The notes beneath the pieces were generated by a model. The model saw only the letters and a list, made by a program, of their open reading frames with translations. It ran no database searches and was not told the DNA's origin. A stretch of 64,000 nucleotides of DNA. Source: Raillietiella orientalis. Taxonomy: Eukaryota. Numbering within the stretch: the stretch's first letter is position 1; each line of letters begins with the position of its first letter. Shown one piece after another: positions 40,741 to 51,529 of the stretch. The stretch is taken from assembly GCA_036172245.1 (NCBI GenBank), contig JAYWIR010000032.1:744001-808000 (forward strand), given 5' to 3'. Made by a program: the position numbers and the translations under genes.

Positions 40741-40779
40741 GGCCTGTAATACCCTGGTTACTCCAGGGTATTACAGGCC
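40741..40779. repeat. Perfect 17-bp inverted repeat with 5-nt loop
   Basis: ggcctgtaataccctgg-ttact-ccagggtattacaggcc. Confidence 0.95.
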
Positions 40780-40782
40780 GCA

Positions 40783-41300
40783 ATTATTTTTCACTTTTTA
40801 AAATTCGATATTTATAAATTCATCTGATACATTTATTATATATATAAATATACATTAATGTGCATAGTAATTCATGACAAGGACGCTGGACATATGTGTG
40901 TTTATTTTATATAATATTTACTATACATGTATTTATACAAATTATAAATCATATTAATAGGTGTCTATGTTAAAATAAAATTGTATATCAATCAATGTTA
41001 ATTAACATATTAATATGCACATTAATATATATAATACAAGTACGTATTGATTTTTCATAATCTTGATGATACATGCTTACCTATATCTCAACCCATGCAT
41101 AAATATATATAATAAACATACTATAAATTATATTCGTAATATGCGCCTCAGCAATATATAAATATGAACATTAATCAATATATAAATATGAACATTAATA
41201 TACATAATGAGCATGCATACCTAATTTTATAATGTCTATATCTATATTTAAATTTATATATTAACAGATATAATAAGCATATACGTTCATTTTTCAAATC
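40783..41300. repeat. Very AT-rich island with internal repeats
   Basis: Exact 24-nt tandem duplication at 41152-41199; 13-nt inverted pair at 40854-40866 / 41014-41026. Confidence 0.85.
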
Positions 41301-41789
41301 GTGCGGGATCTGAACCAAACCTGGTAAAAGTGCGTGGGACAAGGTCAGAGAACTGACCTTACGTCACATGGATAAGTGAAACACGAAGGCGGTTGCTGAG
41401 AAACGTAAGCGGGTGCGAATTTACATTTCAGGCTTACTTCCTTGACTTTTGATCTCGTTTTCGGCGAATCTTCTCGGCAGTCCAGCGGAAGGAGCGAAGC
41501 GTCAGCATCTTCCTCTCTTACTCCTCTCCGTCACTGCTCCCTTCATTGCCAGGATCATCAACGGCCACAGCAACAGTGTCCCCACCCTGGAAGCTGGGCA
41601 TAGACTCAACTGCTGAGAGCCGCCTACTTTCAGAACTGCTACGGAGCTGCTCAGTGGATTCCACGGCTGCCACCTTCCAGCTTCCATCTGTTGAACGTCG
41701 CATCGTACGCCGGACCGATGTTTGGCTCACACTGTGCTGCCAGGATGGACCCACTGGAGGGCTCTTATGATTCCGACCGTTCCAGCACC

Positions 41790-42890
41790 CAACTTCTCAA
41801 CCATTTAAAGTTTTAAAATGAGTTGGGGGGATTTCAGCTCCCAGACTTCCACTTTGCCATGTGCAATTGCCTGTTTCTTTCCGCTCCGACGACGTCGGAA
41901 AAGGCGCAGCGTTTGCTGCACTGTTTTTACAACAACTGCTCGCTTCAAAAGATCCTGGAAGACCTCATGAAGAGTGCGTGGCCAAGCAGAATCTCCCTAG
42001 CCGCCGCGCTGCCTTCTCTTAAGGAACACATGGCAGCAGTCTGGCGGCTAGGTGGGAGGTTACTGTGGAAATCTCCGGGAGGAAGAAAGGCCTGGGCGAG
42101 TGGACGATGGGACAGCTCACCGATGCTGCGACCCCAAGGGCACGCCACGAGGACTTTTGCCCTGGAACGTGCTGGGAATTCCTGAAAAAGACCTGCAGTG
42201 GTCCCCAGTGCTTCTGTACAGATACACCTTCCCCTTGAAGAGTCAGGAGTCGGCGCTGCTGCTGCTGCACTGGGGGTTCCCGTGCAATGCCTGCCGGTAT
42301 CACTGGACACAAGGTGTGTTGACCTCAACTGTGGCAAGTGCGGTGAGCGTGAATCCCTCCCGCACGTGCTTGTTGCCCTCCTGCACCTCTGAAAACTCTT
42401 CACCGTGACCCTAGGAACACCTGGGGTCAACTCCAGGGACGCTATGAAACTCTTCGTCCGCGACGCCCTTCGGCTAGCAGCCTCGCTAGCAGCCCTCTGC
42501 TGCCTACGTTGGACTGTTGCTGCCTCTAGCGACGCAAGACGAGGGTGCAGCGACAGGCCGTCCGATTCATGAGGATGGCAACGAAATGACCCCACTCCAA
42601 GGAAAGCATGCAGCAAGAGTTTGTTGGCATCCTGCAGAAGATGCAGAGGACAGCCACCAGTAGAACTCATCCCTTCCCGCCCCTCCTCTCCCAAATTTGT
42701 GTATTTTTTTGTCTTTTTTCTTTTGTTTGTCTCTTCCCCTCTGTTGACGTGGTGAACCTCATCCGTCTGCGAACCGGTAGAGATGTAGGATAGGACTGAA
42801 AAGGACGTGGATGGACCACTGGTCCAATCACAAAAGATCGTAAATGCTTATTTTGATTAAAATAAACGCCCCGGCGCACTCGGGTGAGAA
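41790..42890 (+). mobile_element. L1/Tx1-like LINE 3' fragment (post-RT region, zf-RVT-like motif, 3' UTR)
   Basis: GGFQLPD, LGEWT..LTDAA, LLLLHWG, CGKCGERESLPHVL across frameshifts; AATAAA at 42861 followed by a stem-loop. Confidence 0.7.
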
Positions 42891-42894
42891 TCCA

Positions 42895-43460
42895 CTTCGA
42901 CGGCGTAGCCTGAGGTGAACTTCGAAGGCGACCATCGAGTAGCTGGCAGCATCTGGAAAGTTCAATTTGCCTTCCGCCCGCATGCCCAGCTCTGACGACC
43001 AGTTTGGATCTGAGGACCGCTGCGGGGATCCATGCGTTTCCTCTGACTCCGTCCTGCGTAGGCATAGTTTTAAGCCAAGTGATCCCATCTGATCCAGGAA
43101 GCCAGGGACCGGATTGTCCTCCTCATGATTGTTCTCCGAGCCGGAATCGTCCTGTTCTGTGTTCTGCTGGAAATCTCCTAGCGTTTCCAGATGATACCTC
43201 ACTTTCCAGATGCAGCTGCGTCATGTCCTTCGGCATGTAAGCGGTAAGGAGTCCGAGTAGCCCCTCAGGATGACGGTTGCACATATCTCGAGCGCTGCAG
43301 AGAACATCTCCAGCGAAGAGGCAGCCGGTGATCCTGCAGAGGCGAACGTGTCTTTTGACCAGTCCTGAGGGCAGCGTCGATCAAATGAGGCGCTTCTTCA
43401 GGGAAGATGAAACCTTCCTCTCAGTGGAATACTGTCCGTGGTAGCGTTCCTCATTCCAGG
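42895..43460 (-). mobile_element. APE endonuclease remnant of a LINE
   Basis: TAYMP (VYAP-like) followed by LGDFQ (GDFN-like) in the expected order. Confidence 0.45.
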
Positions 43461-44137
43461 GTAGAACCCAGTGAAAATGTCACTCCTCTAGCAGTGTAAA
43501 GGGAGGAAGGAGGTCAGAGTTACCGGGAAACAAAAGAAATAGCAGTACATAGTTACCATGTCACGTTGACAACGCACTTGCGAGCAAACGGTTGAATTTC
43601 GGCGGCGTTTCCTTAGTAGAGTGCGTTCTGCGAGACCACTGAGATCGCATTCTCTATCGCCGCCCAAGTAGGAGCTCTTTGGCAGAAGAATAGAGCTTCC
43701 GTGATCTGAAACCAGTTCGAGCAATCTGACCCGAAAGTTTTTGTTTCCTCTTTACCATACTTTCCTCTTTCTCACGCTCCACGAGCGGCAGATGCTGTTC
43801 AATCTTGAGGGTCTTTTTCGGAATACTTGCGTTCGCGCATTCGCGCGGCGGCGCGCACAGAGGCGAGAGCGCCTTCTTTCAGCAGTTGCAAACCTTCTTT
43901 CAGGGGCCTCACGTTGAGGAGTCTCCGCTCTCAAGTCATATTCCTCCGGGAGCGCCGCTGAACTCTTGCAGGTGGAAGGGAACGAAACGAAGCCGAATTC
44001 TTAGTGGCTGCGAAGTGGAGAGCTCGACCGCTGAAAACGGTGGCGTCCTCCGCAGGGGGGGCATCCAGGAGTTTCGCAACTCCCATACTCTGTTCTTCGC
44101 ACATCCCATTCCTCGGGCATTCGAGAATTTCGGTGCT

Positions 44138-44138
<1 letters not shown>

Positions 44139-44174
<36 letters not shown>
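44139..44174 (+). repeat. Poly(T)36 homopolymer
   Basis: Direct count. Confidence 0.9.
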
Positions 44175-44177
<3 letters not shown>

Positions 44178-44279
44178 ATTTTCGATGATCTCTTCGACTC
44201 ACTGAGTTTGCGCGAAAAGCGTTTCGATCCCCGACGGTCGCACATTCATCTTTCCTCGCACATTGCAGTCAGAAAAAGA

Positions 44280-46150
44280 CTTCAAGCAGTGTTCCAGCGA
44301 TCTGAAGGCAAATCGACCTTGAAAACACCTTGAAGGCCAATCGAATCCATGCTATTATTGTCCTGCTGCGAATGCTGCATCTCGTGAGCCAAACCGATGC
44401 GAGCGGATCGGTTTCCGGATGCTACTTCCGAAGTTGCATGAATGCTATGCCGCTTCCATCCTTCATCTACGCAGAAGATAAAAAAGCAAAACGGAGAGTT
44501 TCCCTCGTAGTAAGAAAAAAAAAATGCCTTCCAGAGTGAGGCGTCTTGAGCTCTGCTTGCAGAACTCAGCCAACTCGCGCCGCGAGCGATGAAGCCCACA
44601 TGCTGCTATAAGCCACTTGCAACCGAGAGTGACCCGTTATAGATCTGCTCGAGTCTGAGCTGATGGAACATCCATAAGCAAGAGTTCTCAAATTTGTTCT
44701 GTTCTGGAACACCAATGAGATCTTGTCCTCTTGCATCAAAGGAATCGCTGGCCAGCACACCGAACCCCTTCCGGCGTGCGGTTGGCTTCCTCCCCTCTGC
44801 AGGCGCAGCTGCCGACGTGGCCATGGGCGCTGCTGACTGCTGCTGCCTTTTGCAGTCATGCGATGGCCCGATCGTCTTGTCGCATCGTTGCCAAGACAAC
44901 GATGGCTACCATCCTCGCTGTCGCTGCCATTGTTCCTAACGCACCGAAGGCTACGGAATTCGGACTTCGGTCGCAAACCGGGTGATTATGTGGCCAACGG
45001 TGCCACGCTGAAGGATGCATCCGGGAAAGAAGCATGGACTTCGACTGGCAGGCTGCAATGGTGGATTCCTGTGTCATCTCCTCTGTTCGATGAGACCTTC
45101 GTGCAAGGGTCACATACTCGTTTCGTAAGGCTCAATGCCATGGACGCTGAGCTGGAGAGGTTCGTTTCGATTCTCCTAAAGGATTTCCAGTCCAAAAGAG
45201 ACGCCCGGACAGTTTTCTGGCTGAGATGTGTGAAATAAAATGTCAAACGAAGCATCCAATCCAGTATCTCATAAGCTGCTACGTCAATATCTTCGGCGAG
45301 GGAGAGAGACTGCTGGAAGCATGAAGAGCTTGAGATGTCAATGTTCAGATTATGATACTGGGTGGAGCAAAGGAAGAACAAACAAAATCAACCCCAGAAG
45401 GGTAACGCTAAAATTTAGTACATAAATGGTTAGATGGTTCACAGCCTTCGGTGCTGGGCGCACGTGACCTTTTTGCTACACCTTCCCCTTCCTTTCCGGC
45501 CGGCGGAACGTGGGCCCATCTCGCAGCGCTAATGGACGGCCGAAGCTTCTTGTGGAACATCGTGGAACCTCAGATCTTCTTCGTTCAGCACGGACAAAAT
45601 CAAATTTCGCAGATGACGGGACAGATTTTCGCATGGTAACCGGCGTTCCAGCATGAGGTGTCACAAGCTGGTGTGTCCTAAATTTTGAAGGAGCATTTTT
45701 CTGGAAATAACTTTATAATTTGGATTCCCCTCAAGGTTATTGGCACTGAACGCCGCATACGAATTTATCCCGGTCCCGTCTAACATTCCATGGAAGACTT
45801 TCAGCAGCTGCAAATTCGTCGTCTTGTTCGCTCTCTGCTGCCGAATGGTCATCCAAATCTCGGTCTCCATCGGATGAAAACTCTTCCGAATCAGCTCCTC
45901 GTCTTCCGCAGCGTCCAACCAATCCTCCCAGTTGATTCTGTGTGAAAATTCCATTGCGAGGGGCGGCCGTGGGTAGAAATTTTCGCAGGTGGTGTCGTGG
46001 TGTCGTACACGACACAGTCGGACACAAAATGCACCAAAACCGACCGATGTGCACGCAGTTGCGACTGCAGGCATAATGGAGGCTTAGTAAGGGGTGGCTG
46101 CGGCGGAATGCCCGCAGCACTGACCATGGCGGGGAGTCTGCACATTTTAG
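44280..46150 (-). mobile_element. Possible KDZ-type (CxC-associated) transposase relic
   Basis: FCVRLCRVRHH and LLKVFHGML...AAF..N (CxC5-like), then weaker catalytic-like remnants. Confidence 0.25.
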
Positions 46151-47157
46151 TTCCCGTGTGTCGTATGTGACGCCACGTTACCCTTCCATCCCCGTCACGA
46201 ATTATGATGTTTTCTGCAAGAAGGAGGATTCGAGAAGAAACTGTTTCGAGGGAACTTTGCGGCTGCCCCTCAGAGGACAGCTTGAAGTCTGCGGAGATTT
46301 TTGTCCCACGAAAGCGCTCGCATCCAGATACGGAGTTGCTCTTCCCGACGACGTGCCTGTGTGCATCCGAAGCACGGTTCCGTGTGAAGGAATACACTCC
46401 CGAGGCACTCTCACTCCTGCCGATCAGGGGAAGATGTGCAGTGAAGTATCTAAGCAGCTTTCATCTGGAAAAAAATGACAACCGGCTCCGCGGAATGAGG
46501 TCCATCGCATGAGGAAACGCCACTCATAAACAAAAACCTACGTTCAAGAAAACGAGGCACATGCAAAGCGGAGAATTTCTGTCTTTACGCATATAACGAG
46601 GGAGTTGCAAAAATTTTCTGACTTAGGCATGTGCTATTAGAGTTATGGCAACACAAATGATGAAGCTCTCCAGGATGTAAGCCCATTTCCTGCTGCTGGC
46701 CGGTGAGTCATTGAGCAAGAACAGAGATTTACAATCACAATATCTCGACGACAACCCTTGCGAGAGTAACCCCGATGCTAGCGGATGCTTCCACTTTTAA
46801 AGCACGTACTTGGGAATGGTGAGGATGTGGTCATGTTAAAACATCTTCGTGCGGACGATTTTTCGTTATTTCCCGAGGAAGGAGTGGACCTGTTCTTCGA
46901 TCATCGTCCACTTTTCACCTTCCAGGGGAAGTGAGCCGCAAAGAGGTGAAAATATCCTTTGGCAGACGCGCGCCCACTTAAGCTTTCAGGAGGGTATCAA
47001 TGAATTTATGGCTTCTTTCTGAGGGATGCCGTCGATCGCGAGCATCATGAGCTGATGATTTCGGGTCGCCTGCACTACGCTCAGAGGTAAATCCAGGGAG
47101 ATTCTCGTTTGCGACCTCATCTGGCTTCGTCCTGGAGCAGCACGGAAATCTCTTGCG

Positions 47158-47189
<32 letters not shown>

Positions 47190-48124
47190 TTTTGTTTTTT
47201 TTTCGGTCCAGCACGGGATGCGGGAAGAGGAGTCGCTGGCACGAGGAGCGAAGGAAACTTCGAAGTGGAGGCTGCCGCACGAAATGCTCTGGAATTCAGA
47301 GTGAGCTCGCGCGAAAAGACGGAGATCCGTCTATTGAAGATGAGTGCCCGGCTGATGCGAAAATTCCGGTTGCAAAAGGCACGAGGCGTCCAGCGATTCG
47401 AAAGGCTCTCCCTCTATATAGAGTGGATAGGGTTGGGTGGTGCAGCCGGACGTTTCCAAATTCCATCGTTACTTATCGCTGTCAATCTCCGAATTCCTTT
47501 GGGGCTTCCATGATTTTTTTTTCCTTATCATCAGGAAGAAATGATTCGCTTCCTTTCGTTGCCACACTTCGACTGCGGGAGACGCGGAGGACGAACCGGC
47601 AGGCGCGAGCGACGGTAACTCAACTGCGAAACTCTTCGTCGGCCTCTCCCCTGAATTCTTCGCATACTGCGCTCTGAATAAATTATTCCTGAAGTGATAA
47701 TTCATTTCGGTGCACTTCCTTTTCCCAAGACCACTGACCACCGCCACGCCGGCGCGGAAACCCAGTTTCAGGGGAGCTCCTTTCGAGTTCAGTTAAACTC
47801 GTTCCTCGGACTTACCCCGGTAATCGCGGGAGGGTAGCAGCAATCCTCCGTAAAGGGATGGATTCCAGGAAACGAGCACGGGATCGCAGCATGCCAAAGC
47901 GTTTTCTGGCTTGGGATGTTCCTGAACATGGGACTGCCTACGCCAACACGAGTGAATTTGCTTCCAGCCCAACCAAGTGGGTTCGAAGGATGTCCGTTGC
48001 AGCACCCTCCTCCTGGAGCAGAACCCATGAAGAGGAGAGCCTCTTCGCAACGGCATACACAGCTCAGCTACACGATGGCACGGAAGTTCCATGATAATGA
48101 TCTTCATGAAAGGTCCACTCGCGT

Positions 48125-48235
48125 TTCCAAGGCCATACTGCTCTAAAAGCCTCTCGTTCGATCGGCGAAGTTAAGCAGCGTCGGGCCCGGTTAGTACTTG
48201 GGTGGGAAGCCGTCTGGGAACTTTAGGTTTTGCCA
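48125..48235 (+). pseudogene. 5S rRNA-derived sequence (pseudogene or SINE3-type head)
   Basis: ggccatac...ctcgttcgatcggcgaagttaagcagcgtcgggcccggttagtacttgggtggga...ctgggaa is colinear with metazoan 5S rRNA (box A to box C). It has a short deletion near the 5' end and substitutions in box C and the 3' stem. Confidence 0.85.
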
Positions 48236-48240
48236 ATGTT

Positions 48241-48397
48241 TCCCCGCGCTGGCGGCCGCGTGGCTGCGGCCTTAGAGAATGGTACCAAGCGCTGCGTGTT
48301 CGAATCCACACGTGGCGGATTGACACAGAGAAATGGGTGCGTCGTTTCGAGTTCCCTTCCCGGCTGGCTCGCCTATTCAGGTGCGGCACTGGTGGGA
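48241..48397 (+). mobile_element. tRNA-derived SINE-like element, copy 1
   Basis: B-box-like GTTCGAATCC at ~48298-48307; alignable over ~150 nt to the inverted copy at 49655-49817 (ccgcgctgg, tggta, gttcgaatcc, aatgggtg, ccctt, ggtgcggcaYtgg). Confidence 0.65.
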
Positions 48398-48399
48398 GA

Positions 48400-49655
48400 C
48401 GGAAGCGATCACAGGACGCTGCCAGGCGTCCTCTGCATCCGTCCAGGATGCCCACAAGTTCCGTCCGTGTATCGCCCAGGCGGAGCCACCTCGGGGCGGT
48501 CCTCAAAAAGATCCGTGCCTAGTGGATGGCGTAGTCCCTTCTATTCCAGCCTCTTCTTTTGGCGTTCCAGGCCCCCGTGGTCCCGCGGACACAGAAAAGA
48601 ACTGCGAGGGTCGCGGCAGGAAGCAGTGCGACACTACGAGCAAAGTCTGAAAATGTCCCTGGGGCCGCCCTCCAGGATTCCTAGATTCGTCGCGGGGCGA
48701 TCCCAAAGAGGTCGGAGGGCAGCACAGTCCAACAGCAGATGCGGGAGGGTCTCCTTCTTCCCACGCCTGACGCACTCAATGCCCACACTCCCCCATGTCC
48801 AGTGGTGAAGGGCGGGACTTCGGACGGGACTCCCCCATGCAACACCAGTAACACCAACTCCCGTCACCCGAGGGGGAGGGCGCCACAGTTCCAGCACCCT
48901 GGGGACCACTTGGCTTCCTCCTGAGCGATGCCGAGCAGCTCTCCCCAGCATACAAGTCCGTGGGGTGGGACATTCGGGATCGCAGCGTCCGCCACCTCCC
49001 GAGTTGTCCTCTCCCCCAGAATTTTCTTCGCTGCTATCCAGCGCGTCACTTCCCACCTTGCCAGGATTGCCCTGTCCTTTACGTTCTCCCTTAGGGAGGG
49101 CAGCACTGAGGCAATAGGGGTAGCCTAGGATGATGGAAATTATTTTGAGGCTCTCCCGTTTTCTCTGTTTCCCTTCCAGCTTTTTTAGGGGGATTCTCTC
49201 AGTACTGAAGAACCGTTCGCCTCCTTACGGAGGACTGACGAAGCTCTTTGAAGCTATCCACTCCACCCGATGGTTATAGAACTCATCTTGAAGTTATAGG
49301 GGTACACCTAGAGGAATCACCCCATGAATCCAGGAAGGTACTGGAGGAAGGAGTCCTTCCCGCTCTTACGCTTGGGAGGGAACCTGCAAGGGAACCCGCT
49401 CCCTGCTTCCCAATGTCTGGAGAGAACTCCCCGAGGGCACGCTTTTAAATTTTTCCTGAAGGGCTGCTCCCGAAGGGAGCAGTGAATCTTGGGCTCTGGA
49501 AAGGCAACTCCTGAGGTGGGTAACCACCGGCTCCATGGCACGCGATGGCATGGCCCCATCTTCCCAACTGGAAGGAAACCGCGACTCCTTGTTTCCTGGA
49601 AGGACTCTGAAGGGTCAAACTTTCAATCCCAGACCCGGTCAACGGGGCATCAAGC
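48400..49655 (-). mobile_element. L1/Tx1-like LINE, internally deleted (APE remnant to zf-RVT-like motif)
   Basis: GVAVSF APE-like remnant, LGERTTREVADAAIPNVPPHGL, HHWT, ETLPHLLLDC; 49190-49350 is homologous to 37780-37940. Confidence 0.65.
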
Positions 49656-49817
49656 TTCCTCCAATGCCGCACCCAAAGGGGTCAACCGTGTCATCCTGCA
49701 AGGGGACTCGATTCCCACGACACACCCATTCCTCGGCAGCGATCCCCGCGTAGGATTCGAACCCGCAACGTGTGATACCACGCGCGGAGGTGGGCAGTCG
49801 CACGGTCCCCAGCGCGG
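49655..49817 (-). mobile_element. tRNA-derived SINE-like element, copy 2
   Basis: Minus strand reads ccgcgctggggacc...gggttcgaatcctacgcgggg, with a B box and acceptor-stem-like complementarity; homologous to 48241-48397. Confidence 0.65.
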
Positions 49818-50714
49818 ATCTCTAATCTTCGAAAGATCTCCTTCCAGGGCATCCGTAGCGGCCGCACGGTTCCATCGGCAGCATTCAAGGTGGCAGCTCG
49901 CGCGCTCAGAAGCGGCAGAACGCGTTCCACTCTTCCGATGGTGCGCTCGCCGAAACCGCACGCTCCCCGAACGGTCGGGTGATCCCCAGATCTCGCATCC
50001 TCTGGGTGGATAATCGAAATGAGTCTTTGCTGCTGCTTTGGAAGGGAAGGAAACTCCTGCGCTCCTCCAAACGAAGCTGGTGCCCAGACTGCTTTCCTCG
50101 TGCCGAAGAACCGGCTGGAAGGCGGTGGTGGATGCTTTCGGCGAAAGAGGCAGCACCGCTAGATTGCGCAGGAAGGTTCCAAGGCGGGAGTTCAGGACGG
50201 CTTGCGCTGGAGCCTCGCGAGATTTCATCGGGCAGACGGACCCGAAGAGCACACATCTGCCTGCGCGACCTTGTGATGGACCCCGGTTTCCGACGAACGG
50301 TGCTTCTGGCGATCGATCCCGAATCAGAGTGCTTGAGTGAGAAGAAAGCATCAACACCGCCAAACAAGAGAAGACTGACGTGCGCATGCATGCTGGATGG
50401 GTCGTGCCGACCGAACAAAAGCAGCAGCTCTCCCCACAGACGGTTCTGGCGATGAGGCTGGACAAATGACATGACTCGAATGGACCGCCTGGACCTTCGC
50501 ACCATGGAAGACCGAAGGCAGCGATGTCGCGACAGTCTTTGACATGAGCCATCCCTTTCTCACGCCTACAAACAAACTCCGAAAATCCCCCCCTCCTCCC
50601 CTCCCCACCGAGCATCGCGGAGCGTTTTTCCTAACCAAATAGGATCAGGACAAGCCGGATCATGCCTTCCATGGCTCCACACGAGCACTCGGATTCCTCT
50701 TTGAGGCTGTTTTG

Positions 50715-51500
50715 CCACCCGAGTACTCGGGGACATTTATTTGTAAATAAATAAGCATCTATGAACTCTGTAGTTGGACCGGTGGTCCATCCACGTCCTT
50801 TTCAGTCCTATCCTGCAGCGCTACCGGTTTGCAGACGGATGAGGTTCACCACGTCAACAGAGGGGAAGCGACAAACAAAAGAAAAAAGATAAGACAAAAA
50901 AAAAGATAAATTTGGGGGAGGAGGGGGCGGCAAGGGGTCACGTTCTACTGGCGGCGGTCCTCTGAATCCTCTGCAGGATGCCAACAAACTCTTGCTGCAT
51001 GCTGTCCTTGAGGTGCGTTCATCTCGTTGCCATCTTCATGAATCGGATGGCAAAGTGGACATGGAACCCCTGTCGCTCGGTGGTTCTCCTGTTGCTCCAG
51101 GCAGCTACGATTCTTCATAGGCCGCAGAGAACTGGTGGGGAAGCTGATGGCCGAAGGGCGTCGCGTAAGAGGAAGGGTCTTACAGAGTCCCTGGAGTTGC
51201 CGCATGGGGCTCCGCGGGGTCGCGGCAAAGCGTTCCCAGAGGGGCCAGAGGACAAGACAATTTACAAGCAGGTGTGGGAGGGATTCACGTTCTTGTGTCC
51301 ACTGATGCCGAGGGCCGTTGCAAGGGAGACCCCCGTGCTGCAGCAGCAGCTACAGCTACTGTCACTTTAATGGGTGTGTGTGCTTGTCCAGAAGCACTGG
51401 AGACCACTGCAGATGTTCCAACGAAATGTCCAGTAGCTCGTTCCAGAGCAAAAGTTTATGAGGAGGGACACTCGCAGTGTCCATGAGCTGGCCCCCGTGG
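50715..51500 (-). mobile_element. L1/Tx1-like LINE 3' fragment, close relative of 41790-42890
   Basis: Reverse complement aligns to ~42160-42890, including ctgttgacgtggtgaacctcatccgtctgc and ggataggactgaaaaggacgtggatggacc. Confidence 0.75.
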
Positions 51501-51529
51501 GGATGCTCTCAAGGGAGGGGAATAAAATA

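Noticed and set aside
44215..44245. B-box-like gtttcgatccccgacgg as a tRNA gene
   Set aside because: No cloverleaf or A box upstream.
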